The notes: a model not told the origin generated them from the sequence alone. A DNA stretch of 61,153 nt, filler included, from 5 parts of 5 records of this genome joined end to end with filler, not necessarily neighbours in it; one strand, 5' to 3'; shown: positions 30,277 to 40,424, counted from the first letter of the whole stretch. Numbers and translations: made by a program.

Positions 30277-30376
30277 NNNNNNNNNNNNNNNNNNNNNNNN
30301 NNNNNNNNNNNNNNNNNNNNTTAATTAATTAANNNNNNNNNNNNNNNNNNNNNNNNNNNNNNNNNNNNNNNNNNNN
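30277..30376. other. artificial contig spacer
   Basis: N-run + TTAATTAATTAA + N-run. Confidence 0.99.
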
Positions 30377-30541
30377 TTATCGACGAAAAAACAGTCTGTA
30401 TTTTTATCGCCACCGTATTTTTGTTAAATTTTAAGCAGTTGAGTTAAAAATAGCTCATGGGAAGTTCGGGCTTGCGGCAGCAGTTCCCAATATACGACGT
30501 TCTGATCATGCAGAAACCTAAAAGGGCCTTGTTACCGCTAA

Positions 30542-31990
30542 CTAGCGAGAGGGTTTGAACCGGGTGGACACTATCTGGTATCGTCGCATCAGACGCTGCA
30601 GAGCCTGCCGCTCCATTCCGCTGGCAGCGGCGGCATTGGTGACATTGCCTTGGTGCTCGGTGAGTTTATTGGTTATGTAACCAATGGAAAAATGACCGAC
30701 CAGCTCAGCTTTTGCATCGTTATAGGGTGTATGATAATAGGCTCGCAGGTCAGACTCTCCACCTGGGGCCTTTGTTGTCGAGTTGTCGGGGAGAAGAGGT
30801 AACAGATCGTCCATAACGACGTCTCCTTCTGCCGCCAGGAGTACAATTCGTTTAATAGCGTTACGTAGTTCCCTGATATTGCCCTGCCACTCCAACTTAT
30901 AGAGGTGCTGAAGTGCCTCGGCCGGTAAGGACAATTTTTCTCTATCGTACTGCTGTTTGAACTGTGACAGGAAATGGTGGACCAGGAGTGGAATATCCTC
31001 TTTCATCTCTCTTAGGCTTGGCATAACAACGGTTACCACATTCAGTCGGTAAAAGAGATCTTCACGAAATTCGCCAGCCTTAATTTTTGCTTCCAGATCC
31101 TGGTTGGTCGATGCTACTACTCTTACGTTGACTTTTATGGTCTTGTTTTGTCCAAGAGGCTGTATTTCTTTTTGCTGCAACACTCTCAGCAGCTTGGTCT
31201 GAATGGAGACAGGGATGTCCGCGATTTCATCCAAGACAATGGTGGAGTCTTCAGCCTCCAGAAAGAGCCCTTTTTTATTATGCTCAGCCCCGGTAAAAGC
31301 TCCCTTGCAGTAACCAAATAACTCACTTTCCAGGACGTTTTCAGGCAAGGCAGGACAGTTAACCGTAATCAACTTTCGATTTTTACGGCTGCTTAAATCA
31401 TGGAGGGCATGAGCAGCCAGTTCCTTTCCTGTGCCGCTTTCCCCTCTGATAAGCACTGTTGCATCAGTATCAGCCACTCGACACAAAAGATCCAGTGCAC
31501 CTTTGAGCGCAGGGCTTTGACCTATAAATCCTTGAGGAAGGCTGAGGTTTCTCAGGCGTTCTTGGAGCTGTATATTGGTACGGAGCAGTGAGGTGCGTTC
31601 AATGCAGTTAGTCACAACCCTGACAACGTGATCTTTTTCAAACGGCTTTTGCAAAAAATCATAAGCCCCATCCTTCAAGGCCTGAACTGCCATGTCAATG
31701 GTTCCATATCCTGTCATAATTACAACAGAAATGGTTGGGTCGTGCAATCGTACTTTTTTGAGCAGCTCAAGCCCGTCCAAATCAGGCATCTTTATGTCGG
31801 AAACTATCACATCCGGTGAACTTTCAGCCAGCAGTGATAGCGCTATCGTCCCTGAGGAGGCGGTAATTACGTCACACCTGCATTTTTTTTGCAATACCAG
31901 GCGCAACATGGAGACCATGTCGGGTTCGTCATCAACGATCATCACCAACTTACGGTCGTTGTCTTTTGGTGCAGTTTTATTCTCTGTCAT
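30542..31990 (-). CDS. sigma54-dependent response regulator (NtrC family)
   Basis: Receiver SDIKMP, GESGTGKE, GAFTGA, FREDLFYRLNV, C-terminal HTH. Confidence 0.95.
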   Translation of the reverse strand: MTENKTAPKDNDRKLVMIVDDEPDMVSMLRLVLQKKCRCDVITASSGTIALSLLAESSPDVIVSDIKMPDLDGLELLKKVRLHDPTISVVIMTGYGTIDMAVQALKDGAYDFLQKPFEKDHVVRVVTNCIERTSLLRTNIQLQERLRNLSLPQGFIGQSPALKGALDLLCRVADTDATVLIRGESGTGKELAAHALHDLSSRKNRKLITVNCPALPENVLESELFGYCKGAFTGAEHNKKGLFLEAEDSTIVLDEIADIPVSIQTKLLRVLQQKEIQPLGQNKTIKVNVRVVASTNQDLEAKIKAGEFREDLFYRLNVVTVVMPSLREMKEDIPLLVHHFLSQFKQQYDREKLSLPAEALQHLYKLEWQGNIRELRNAIKRIVLLAAEGDVVMDDLLPLLPDNSTTKAPGGESDLRAYYHTPYNDAKAELVGHFSIGYITNKLTEHQGNVTNAAAASGMERQALQRLMRRYQIVSTRFKPSR

Positions 31991-33036
31991 TGCTTGTTCT
32001 TTTGAGAAACAAGGTATTGAAAATAGCGTTGAATGAATTTGCCGGAAATTGTCTCCTGGTTGCTTACTTCTGGGAGGACTAAATTGTTCTGAGGATCTGA
32101 TTCGAAAAGGGCGGAAAATACCTCTTCGGATAATGCGGTCAGTTCATTCTTAATAGCTTCCAGTTCCAACTCGGTTTCACCGCAGTTGGTGCGGCAATGA
32201 AGGGGCCGGAACTGGTGGAGCAGGCATCTATCGCCTTCCCGTAATGGACAGCTTTTTTCGGCGGCAGATCCGGGAGCTCCAGGATTGTCTGGGATGCGAA
32301 TGAGCCCTCCTCCAGCTTCGTCTGCAGTTGTGATGTTTGCTGCAGCCTTTTCGATGACCAGGTTTCTTTGTTCAGAGGAAAGAGCGATATTGACCTTATG
32401 ATTGAGGTAAAGGGCTTCCATGAGCGACAGGTTAAATAATTGAGCGCATTCATTGCTGTCCTTATTGCAGCACTCCTGCCCTTTGCCGCTGAGTTGGGCA
32501 TCGACTCTTTCCAGGAGTTGTTCGTAGCGGGCATAAAAGCTAGTGAGATCTGCACCGGGCCGATTGTCAGCAGAGGGCTCAGCCATTTTGAGTTGGCCTT
32601 CTTTTTTACCGAATTTTCTTAATAACCACCACTGGGAGTAGTTAGTTGGATTAGCCCTGGTTTTTTTGAGCAATTTGCCGGCCTTTTTAAGATTGAAGCC
32701 TCGGCGGAGCATGTAGGCGGTGACAAACGTACCGGTACGGCCAACTCCGAGCTTGCAATGGACAAGGACTTTTTTCCCAAGGTAGACGGCCTCATCCAGC
32801 CATTCTAATCCCTTTTCCATCTGTTCCATCTTGGGCGCAGTTTCATCGGGAATGGGCAGGTAGAAAACCTCAAAACCAGCACCTTCTTCAAGTTCATGGA
32901 GATCGGAGAATTCGCCGCAGAGGTTTACTATGCCGCTGATCCCCTGCTCTTTGATACTGTCGAGATCAGCATAGGACATAGGGGCATGGCCCACTGCCAG
33001 ATAATCAGTTATCCATGTGAGCTTATATGTAGACAT
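31987..33036 (-). CDS. dual-specificity (Cys) phosphatase fused to a YkgJ-like cysteine-cluster domain
   Basis: VHCKLGVGRTG (CX5R); C-terminal ECC..EC..SCPL..RCLLHQFRPLHCR. Confidence 0.85.
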   Translation of the reverse strand: MSTYKLTWITDYLAVGHAPMSYADLDSIKEQGISGIVNLCGEFSDLHELEEGAGFEVFYLPIPDETAPKMEQMEKGLEWLDEAVYLGKKVLVHCKLGVGRTGTFVTAYMLRRGFNLKKAGKLLKKTRANPTNYSQWWLLRKFGKKEGQLKMAEPSADNRPGADLTSFYARYEQLLERVDAQLSGKGQECCNKDSNECAQLFNLSLMEALYLNHKVNIALSSEQRNLVIEKAAANITTADEAGGGLIRIPDNPGAPGSAAEKSCPLREGDRCLLHQFRPLHCRTNCGETELELEAIKNELTALSEEVFSALFESDPQNNLVLPEVSNQETISGKFIQRYFQYLVSQKNKQ

Positions 33037-33105
33037 TACCTTATCCTGTAAAAAACGGTTTGCTGTAATCCAACCGTGTGAAGCTGCAGCAACACTATGT
33101 CGAAC

Positions 33106-35568
33106 TTACCCTTCTTGGGAAAAAGAATATCTTCCGTTATAAAAGTCCTGAACGTATTCGGCAACCATTTGCTGGTCCACTAGTACCATATCCATCAATT
33201 TTGTGGCACCGAGTAAACGGCCAGTCATGTCCAGCTTATCTTTCATGATACTGGCGGGCAGAGGCGGGAGTTTGGCTTCCAGGAGATCGGCTTTTTTGTC
33301 TACGGTAAACTCAAGGCCTTCAAGTACTCCAGCGATAAAATCAATCCGCAGCAGTCTCTGTTCATAGTCACCGCCGCCTCCCGCAAAGCGCAGCATGCAA
33401 TGATTTTCGGCTTTGTGTTCGCCGCACATGACATCAAGCACGGTAAAGTGATAACCAAAGCGGATGTTAAAATGAAGATAATCGGTGCCGATGACTGCAT
33501 AACTGGCAAACGCGAAACTGTCTTTTTTGGGGGGAACACCACCAGCCAATTCAATTTTATCGTATGCTTCCCAGTCAAAGGGTTTTTGTTTCCATTGTAC
33601 GCCCGGATGACTCAACCCTTTCCATACTGCCTGAAAAGGAACCGAGGCGACTTCTTTAAGGGGGATTGATTGCTGTTTTTCGATTTCAGCGGTAAACCCT
33701 CCGCCCACATCAAATAAAAAGACATCCAATGGAACATCTGCTACCAGGCGCAATGCACCTCTGCCCGTTCCAGGTCTGCCTGTGGTAAACATGGATAATA
33801 GTGCTTTTTCATGGCAGAACCTGATGATGTCATGCATGGAGCGGCAGCCTTCAGGGGTGAAGTTTTCCCCTGCTGCATCAACCAATTCCAGCGGAGTAAT
33901 GAATTTCAAGGCTTGTTTGAGAATCAAGGGGTACTGGCCCTGTGAGGCTGCTTTCCTGCTGTCGCTAACCAGGGACTCAATCAATCCTTCATAAACAGCT
34001 CCTTTTCCTGCATCAACGGTCACGGTTATCCCAGCGGGAAAACGATCGCATACATCTGGGATACCTGTAAGGTAAGGCACTCCAAATTCTCGAGCAACAG
34101 TGGCGAAATGGCTGGCGCGGCTGCCTCGCTCTGCCAGAACTGCTGCCAGCTTGTTGATGACCTGCACGTATTCTGGCGGACAGTCACGGGTAACAAGTAC
34201 GGACCCCTCCGGAATATCTTCCAGCAGGTGAGTGCTGTCCAGCTGATATATAGATCCTGCGGAAATTCCGGGTGAAGCCTGTTGGCAGCCATCGAGTAAA
34301 AGTAGGTGATTGTGCTGACTAGATTCTGCAGACTTACTGGAGTCGCTGGAAAGATGTAATGGGCGTGCCTGGAGAATAAAAACCCTGTTTGTGGAATCTA
34401 TAGCCCATTCAATATCCTGGGGGCTGGCAAAAAAGTTTTCGATCTGCAGCCCGAACTGTGAAATTTCTACCGCCTGTTTTTCTGATAAGACCGGGTCTGT
34501 GGGTAATGCGGAAATCAATTGCGGGGGAAGGTCTTTGGTCAACGTATAGGTATCCGGAATTTCCAATCCACTGACCAACTTCTCTCCCAAGCCCCGGACA
34601 GCATGCAGGTGGAGTGTGCTATTCGATTCTTCTTCGTTTATTCCACTGGTGTATAGAACTCCGCTGCACTGGGCTGGAACCATTTCCTGAATGAGTACAG
34701 ACATTGCGGTCTCTTCATCTCCGAGACCGTGACAGATACGATAAAAGAGCGCTTGGCTGGAATATTTTGAGGCAATGACCTTCCTGTAGGCATGGGCCAT
34801 GTCCAGCCGACTTGTATTAAGTATGGTTGTATACTGTCCTGCAAAAGAAAAGTACCCATCCTCGCTGATGGCACTGGAGCGGACCGCCACTTTAATCTGG
34901 TTTTTACCTTCACTGGGCCAGCAGTCATAGGTACTTAACATTGCCCCCTCAATCACCGGTGGTACTTCAGCGCAAAGGATTAGATCCTGTAACCGACGAG
35001 ATGATTCTCTTAGGGATTGCGGGTGATGAATGTCTACTTCGGCCAATAGTTCGTCAAGTGACTGGCGGAGATCGTTGAATTCGATGAAGTAGTGAAAGGC
35101 ACTGGAGGTAATGGCAAAACCATTTGGAACAGGAATATCAAGTTCGTTGTGTAGCATGGCAAGGTTTTTTGCCTTGTTACCAACCTGGTTGTTGTCAGCA
35201 GCAATCTCGTGGAAGGACAGTACAAAGGGAGGGGCAAAGTCTATCTTGGGTGGTGCGAGCAGGAAACGGGTATAAAAATCAAATTTCTTATGATAGCTCT
35301 TGAGGGAAACATAACTGCCAGGACCCATGGTTTCCAGTGCTTCAACCATGCCGAATACCTGGCGGGAAAAGTTGGAAAACCGTTTTCGAATTGCTGCCAG
35401 GTCTTGGGGAGAGCCTCCATGGAGCATATCTTGAAATTCAGCCATTTGTTCGTGGCAGGCAATATCAAAATTTAAGAGCTGCTTGAGGGCTTCATACTTT
35501 TCGCGAAGCATGGTTCCGGGAGCAAATATACGGTAGCTCCAATGCTTAAAAAGTGAATTGAGCAGCAT
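33106..35568 (-). CDS. PEP/pyruvate-binding (PEP-synthase-like) ATP-grasp + phospho-His swivel protein
   Basis: VGNKAKNL, AVRSSA.SED..SFAGQY, QDIEWA, ILQARPL, GSRASHFATVAREFGVP; C-terminus lacks the pyruvate-binding barrel. Confidence 0.88.
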   Translation of the reverse strand: MLLNSLFKHWSYRIFAPGTMLREKYEALKQLLNFDIACHEQMAEFQDMLHGGSPQDLAAIRKRFSNFSRQVFGMVEALETMGPGSYVSLKSYHKKFDFYTRFLLAPPKIDFAPPFVLSFHEIAADNNQVGNKAKNLAMLHNELDIPVPNGFAITSSAFHYFIEFNDLRQSLDELLAEVDIHHPQSLRESSRRLQDLILCAEVPPVIEGAMLSTYDCWPSEGKNQIKVAVRSSAISEDGYFSFAGQYTTILNTSRLDMAHAYRKVIASKYSSQALFYRICHGLGDEETAMSVLIQEMVPAQCSGVLYTSGINEEESNSTLHLHAVRGLGEKLVSGLEIPDTYTLTKDLPPQLISALPTDPVLSEKQAVEISQFGLQIENFFASPQDIEWAIDSTNRVFILQARPLHLSSDSSKSAESSQHNHLLLLDGCQQASPGISAGSIYQLDSTHLLEDIPEGSVLVTRDCPPEYVQVINKLAAVLAERGSRASHFATVAREFGVPYLTGIPDVCDRFPAGITVTVDAGKGAVYEGLIESLVSDSRKAASQGQYPLILKQALKFITPLELVDAAGENFTPEGCRSMHDIIRFCHEKALLSMFTTGRPGTGRGALRLVADVPLDVFLFDVGGGFTAEIEKQQSIPLKEVASVPFQAVWKGLSHPGVQWKQKPFDWEAYDKIELAGGVPPKKDSFAFASYAVIGTDYLHFNIRFGYHFTVLDVMCGEHKAENHCMLRFAGGGGDYEQRLLRIDFIAGVLEGLEFTVDKKADLLEAKLPPLPASIMKDKLDMTGRLLGATKLMDMVLVDQQMVAEYVQDFYNGRYSFSQEG

Positions 35569-35607
35569 AGTTCCTCCTGGAAAAAGGGCAGGTGGCAGAA
35601 ATCTGTG

Positions 35608-36225
35608 TTAGGCGTTTATCTCCTCAACCATGCCTATCATCGGTGATGTTTTTTGAGTTTTAAATTTTTTTAGTAGCGCGGCTGTAATACTCCATAACAG
35701 ATATCCCGTGAGCAGCGAGATGAAGTACCAGAAGACCGCACCGATAAGAATTGGTTCGCCGCTGGTGGAACTGATTTGCATTACATATTCCCTGCCAAAG
35801 AGTCCCTGCATTTTTTCCGGTCTATAATACTCGTTAATAAAAGCGAATACGAAAAATATAGGGAGTACTTTGCGTGCAATACCAAGGAGCAATCCCTCAA
35901 AAAAATAATCGTAATAGGCTTTGTTGAGCTCTGCTTTATCTATGTTGCGTGCCATTCTGCTGCCTTTTACGGTGTCTTCACAACGCATAGCTTCCTGTCG
36001 CAGTTCCAGCCAATGGTTGTAGGTCTTTTCCAGTTCAATATAACGTTTGGTTATAATAAAGCGGTTAAGCAGTTTTGTAATGCCAACTGTGCACACAGCA
36101 AGCAGGGAAATGATTAAAACAGGTCCGAGGAAATGGAGCGGCTGCAGAATAGAGGATAGTGTGTCGCTAATCAGGATGAAACCGATTACCAGGTATTCCC
36201 AAATTGTGTCAAGAACGGCATCCAT
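35608..36225 (-). CDS. membrane protein, DUF106/EMC3/TMCO1-like
   Basis: TM - soluble coiled region - TM (LPIFFVFAFI) - loop - TM with FWYF. Confidence 0.55.
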   Translation of the reverse strand: MDAVLDTIWEYLVIGFILISDTLSSILQPLHFLGPVLIISLLAVCTVGITKLLNRFIITKRYIELEKTYNHWLELRQEAMRCEDTVKGSRMARNIDKAELNKAYYDYFFEGLLLGIARKVLPIFFVFAFINEYYRPEKMQGLFGREYVMQISSTSGEPILIGAVFWYFISLLTGYLLWSITAALLKKFKTQKTSPMIGMVEEINA

Positions 36226-36282
36226 TGAAATACTCTCTTTAATATTTATATGCGGGGCTTGTAAAAGGTTACATAATTAACC

Positions 36283-36350
36283 AGTGTCTGTCCAAAAATG
36301 AGTTTTTGGACAGACACTAACTACTGCCAGGGGAAAGATATCCCCTGGCA
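36283..36350. other. two tandem hairpins downstream of the TauE gene
   Basis: AGTGTCTGTCCAAAAA-tgag-TTTTTGGACAGACACT and TGCCAGGGGA-aagata-TCCCCTGGCA. Confidence 0.75.
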
Positions 36351-36375
36351 GATTGTATCTTCTTGAACTCTTTTC

Positions 36376-38085
36376 CTAGATCCAGATTTCGATCTTGAAA
36401 AAACGGAAAAAGAGGAAGAACAGTGTGATTGCTAAAACAACTTTGAGCTGCATCTCACTGAACATTTTTTGTGCACGACTACCAAGCATACCACCGGCAA
36501 AACCACCGATAATGATAGCGCCTGCAAGAACCCAGTCCGGCCAGTAACCGATCATAACATAGCCCAGGAAAGACCCGATACTGGAAAAGCAGGTTCCAAT
36601 CAGAGAAATAGGCACTGCTACATACATGGGCAATGCACCAAGAGTGGTCATTGCAGGTACCAAAAGGAAGCCGCCGCCAATACCAAAGGAGCGGGAAACG
36701 ATACCGATGAGTACGCCCAGAAATGCAAACAGCAGTGGGTTGATTTTAAATTCTTCACCCCAAAATTTGAAACGGTAATCGGTTAATCCTGTTTTCACCG
36801 GTTCAATGGAACCCATTTCCATGGCTCCGCCGGTTTCTTTGGCTGTTTTAACCGCGGCGTTAAATTTTTGGGTCATGGCCTTGATGTTTTTACGCTTGTT
36901 CATGGCCTTTGGGGTCATTTCCATCAGGGTTTTAACGCCCATGATGACAACCAGAACTGCAAGCCATTCTTTGTATGCCGCCATTGGCAGCATTGCGGAA
37001 ACATATTTACCAAGCCAGATGGAGCCGATGAAGATACCGATACCAAAAGAAATACCAACCGGCCATGCAACACGTTTTTCAACAACCGCAAAGCGGTAAA
37101 AAGAACCGAGCGGGGAGAAAAGGGTCAACGCCATGTTGGAAGGTTTGAGCACGTTAGCAGCATTCACACCAACCGGACCCATGGTGTTGACAACCAGTAC
37201 CTGGAAGGCTGCCATGAGCATACCGCCTGCTGCCCCGATCATGGAAAAGTAGGTACCAACAGCAATAGCACCAATTACGATCCAAAGAGGGTTCATGTAG
37301 CGAAAACCTTTAGACAGCCAGAAGCCTTTGCCTTCCAAGGAAAAAGAACTCGATTGTGCACCGTTGACATACACATCAAAAGCGGTATCAGGAGGGGTAT
37401 GACGGAAGGTCTTGAAGGAGGCCGTAAATTTACCCGTGGCCTTGTCCAAATTGATTTTGGTGCCTTCATCCCAGTAGTTACCGCTGGAATCATCCTGGAG
37501 AACGGTTCTGGAGAAAATAACAATCTTCCCAACTCGGTTTCCTTCTTTAACAATGGTGTTGATACCGTACTTGGATTCGTTGGCCCATTTCAGGAATTTC
37601 CACTGGTCTTCTGTCTTGATAGGACCAAGGCCTTTCTTTGCTGTAGCATCAATGGCATTAAAGTCTTTTTCAAGCAGATAGCTGTAAGTAGAGTAGAGAC
37701 CCTTTGTGCGCCCCTTGCCTAAGAGTACGGAAGGACCACCAAACTTGGTATCATCAACACGCTTACCAAAGGCGGTGGGGTTAGTGGTAAGGACATAGTA
37801 AAGAGGAGGAATGGAAGCATCCATGCCAAAACCTCTTTTCTTGGTTTCCTTGGCAAAGCGTTTTTTCTCATGAGGCATTGTTGCGTCAGCAGGCTTGAAC
37901 TCTTCCTTTTGAGCAATAGCCAGGTATAATTCTTGTCCTGGTTCGATCGCGCCTTCAATGGTGACGGTATCGCCAACTTTACCATCAACAGTTACTTTTG
38001 TTTCGGCAAGTGCCAAGTTGAAGCTCGCCAAAAGAAAGGCGGCGAGACTCATCGCCGTAAGAAACGGGATGCGCATGGTTTTCAT
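36376..38085 (-). CDS. TauE/SafE (TSUP) family transporter with large N-terminal periplasmic domain
   Basis: Signal peptide ending ALA, ~240-aa soluble region, then TSUP motifs IGAAGG and FGIGGGFLLVP; ATG 38085 with RBS AAGGAGA. Confidence 0.88.
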   Translation of the reverse strand: MKTMRIPFLTAMSLAAFLLASFNLALAETKVTVDGKVGDTVTIEGAIEPGQELYLAIAQKEEFKPADATMPHEKKRFAKETKKRGFGMDASIPPLYYVLTTNPTAFGKRVDDTKFGGPSVLLGKGRTKGLYSTYSYLLEKDFNAIDATAKKGLGPIKTEDQWKFLKWANESKYGINTIVKEGNRVGKIVIFSRTVLQDDSSGNYWDEGTKINLDKATGKFTASFKTFRHTPPDTAFDVYVNGAQSSSFSLEGKGFWLSKGFRYMNPLWIVIGAIAVGTYFSMIGAAGGMLMAAFQVLVVNTMGPVGVNAANVLKPSNMALTLFSPLGSFYRFAVVEKRVAWPVGISFGIGIFIGSIWLGKYVSAMLPMAAYKEWLAVLVVIMGVKTLMEMTPKAMNKRKNIKAMTQKFNAAVKTAKETGGAMEMGSIEPVKTGLTDYRFKFWGEEFKINPLLFAFLGVLIGIVSRSFGIGGGFLLVPAMTTLGALPMYVAVPISLIGTCFSSIGSFLGYVMIGYWPDWVLAGAIIIGGFAGGMLGSRAQKMFSEMQLKVVLAITLFFLFFRFFKIEIWI

Positions 38086-38189
38086 ACTGTTATCTCCTTG
38101 TTTTTGTTTGGTGTTTGGTTGCGCATAGGTGTCAGTAGTATTCTTGTGCTTGGCACCTCCTCTACTAAAATTGATGTACATTTATTTAT

Positions 38190-38681
38190 TTAACCTTGTT
38201 TTTTATTTGCTAGCCATGCACCGAAAAAGGTGCCGGAAAGGGCGAACAGTGCGGCCAGTAGGGAGCGGAGGCCGTCTATCAGTGGTTCCCATGGTTGAAG
38301 CACTGCAATGAGTGCACAACCTGTGATAGCCAGTAGAAGAGCTATGCTTGTCAGAGCCATTACTGGACGAGGAAAGCTGCTGCATTTATCACGCAGCCCG
38401 TAACCAGCTGCTGCCCCATTGAAGGCTATTATGCAGGGCAGCAGGATCAGCAGAGCAACGGGGGAGAGCACCATGGAAAAAAATAGCAGTAGAATAACGA
38501 TGCCAACTGCGCCCGTTATAATGCTGTAAAGGTATATGCCTAAAGGGGATAGAAGAAATTGTTTCCATCTCTCCACAGCCACCCTTGCTCCATCAATACA
38601 TATGTCAATCACTGTAACCTCCTGTGTTATCAGTTCAACAGCCAGGCGCAGGTTGAGATGTCGCCTGGGTTGCTTGTTCAT
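38190..38681 (-). CDS. small 4-TM hypothetical membrane protein
   Basis: Four hydrophobic segments; start overlaps the upstream stop. Confidence 0.65.
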   Translation of the reverse strand: MNKQPRRHLNLRLAVELITQEVTVIDICIDGARVAVERWKQFLLSPLGIYLYSIITGAVGIVILLLFFSMVLSPVALLILLPCIIAFNGAAAGYGLRDKCSSFPRPVMALTSIALLLAITGCALIAVLQPWEPLIDGLRSLLAALFALSGTFFGAWLANKKQG

Positions 38682-40351
38682 TTATCGTCTGGTGTCAGGT
38701 CCACAATTCGGGTCGCCCCAACATATTCGCTGCTCGAATATCCGGTGACATCAATCATTTCCCGGGTTAGGTCACCCATTTTTTTCATGTTGGAGATCAC
38801 TAAGTCCATTTCTTCAATCATTTCTGGAGTATGGAGGTCATCTCGTAGCAACTGGGCAGTGCCGAGTGCCGCAAACAGCGGGGTGTTCAGTTGGTGGGCT
38901 GCGGTGCCTGCCATTTCAATAACACCCTGGAGCTTCATCCGCTGCGAATGCTCTTGTTCCAGCAGCACCTGATCTGTGATATCGTTGACAGCCTCAACCA
39001 CAAAATCAACCTGACCATCACCATTAAGGATGGGGGTCAATTGGCGCTCATACCATTTATTCTGCTCATGGTGTTGCTTGACCACGGTGATAGGCTTGCC
39101 TGATGTCAAAACTTGTTCCAATGGGCAATGTTGGGCATTTTCCGCCCGAGGTGGAGAAACAGACCGGTAGGGACGGCCAAGGACATCTTCTTCTGTCTGT
39201 CCGTGTCTCGTAAGAAAATGTTTGTTAGCCATTATGACGCGTTTGTCGGGATCGACTACCAGCAGTTCAACCCAGAGCGAATCGAGGATGGTCTGCAGAA
39301 AACGTTCATGCTCCTCTATTTGGTTGAAAAGCAGGGTGATTTTACGGTAGAGCCTGGCCTTTTCGATGGCATTGCCGCCTTCTTCAGCCACGGTTACTGC
39401 AAAGTGAATATCACTTGCTGAAAAAGAGCGATGGCTGTTGGTGAGCAGCCGGAGTACGCCGATAATTTCCTGGTCGTTTTTAATGGGAACGGCAAGGATG
39501 GATTTTATACCTTCTTCCCTTATCTTGTCGTGATAGTTGACTCTTGGGTCATTGGGTGCGTCATAGATGGCAACCGGGCTTCCTTTGAGTACTTTGAATA
39601 TAGAGTCTTCCCGGTTTATGCTGCCTCTGGTGAGGTACTTTTGAGAAACCCCTGATGCTGCCACTAGTTCCAGTCGATTGGTGGCGGGCTGCAGCAAGCG
39701 GATGGTGCATCCCATGACTCCCATTATTCCAGGGAGTTTTTTCACGATCGCGCCAAGTATTTGGTCCAGATTAAGGGTTGAGTTGACCAGTTGGGAAATT
39801 TCACGCTGGGCTTTAAAAAAAATGACCTGGTTGTTCATTTCCTGGAACATATGACAATTTGAAATCGCTATGCCCACCTGCTCAGCAAGGGACATGGCAA
39901 AATTGATCTCAGGTTGGGAAAATTCACGCAGGTCTTTGGTCAGAAGACGCAGCAATCCAGTTATCTGCCCTTGGAAAATAATGGGCAGGGACATGGCGCT
40001 TTTGACGCCTTCATTGGATATAAACGCGCAGCTGTCATGGTCACAGGTCACGTCAATGTGTTTGCGGGCCGTTGGGCGTCCCTCCATGAGTGCATCCATC
40101 ACCTCTTTGGTATCAATGGTGGAGCGGGAGAGATATTCATCAGATACACCCCAGGCAGCACCCAGGACAAAAATATTGGTCCCGGTATCAAACAGTCTGA
40201 TGGTGGCGGCATCAACGTCGAGCAGGGCAGGGAGGCGTCTGACCACCAGGTCCATAACCTCTTGCGAGGTATGGACCGTGCTGATAAGGCGGGTCACTTC
40301 CTGAAAGACAGTGAGGTAGTCACTTTCTATGTAGGGCCTGGTTGAACTCAT
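38678..40351 (-). CDS. GAF-GAF-PAS protein ending in a HisKA-like helix pair, no ATPase domain
   Basis: Two GAF repeats (KSAMSLPI / KSILAVPI..GVLRLLT), PAS, then AAHQLNTPL and stop. Confidence 0.85.
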   Translation of the reverse strand: MSSTRPYIESDYLTVFQEVTRLISTVHTSQEVMDLVVRRLPALLDVDAATIRLFDTGTNIFVLGAAWGVSDEYLSRSTIDTKEVMDALMEGRPTARKHIDVTCDHDSCAFISNEGVKSAMSLPIIFQGQITGLLRLLTKDLREFSQPEINFAMSLAEQVGIAISNCHMFQEMNNQVIFFKAQREISQLVNSTLNLDQILGAIVKKLPGIMGVMGCTIRLLQPATNRLELVAASGVSQKYLTRGSINREDSIFKVLKGSPVAIYDAPNDPRVNYHDKIREEGIKSILAVPIKNDQEIIGVLRLLTNSHRSFSASDIHFAVTVAEEGGNAIEKARLYRKITLLFNQIEEHERFLQTILDSLWVELLVVDPDKRVIMANKHFLTRHGQTEEDVLGRPYRSVSPPRAENAQHCPLEQVLTSGKPITVVKQHHEQNKWYERQLTPILNGDGQVDFVVEAVNDITDQVLLEQEHSQRMKLQGVIEMAGTAAHQLNTPLFAALGTAQLLRDDLHTPEMIEEMDLVISNMKKMGDLTREMIDVTGYSSSEYVGATRIVDLTPDDK

Positions 40352-40424
40352 TATTATCTCTGTACCGGCAGCATGGATTGCCAATACTGCCGGTATGTTG
40401 AACGGCTTGCGCTAAGAGGGGGCA

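Noticed and set aside
33106-35568. Annotation as housekeeping PEP synthase ppsA
   Set aside because: The C-terminal PEP/pyruvate-binding barrel motifs are not present
36868-37722. 284-aa plus-strand ORF and other antisense ORFs in the GC-richer contigs
   Set aside because: They lie opposite well-supported genes and have no motifs; shadow ORFs
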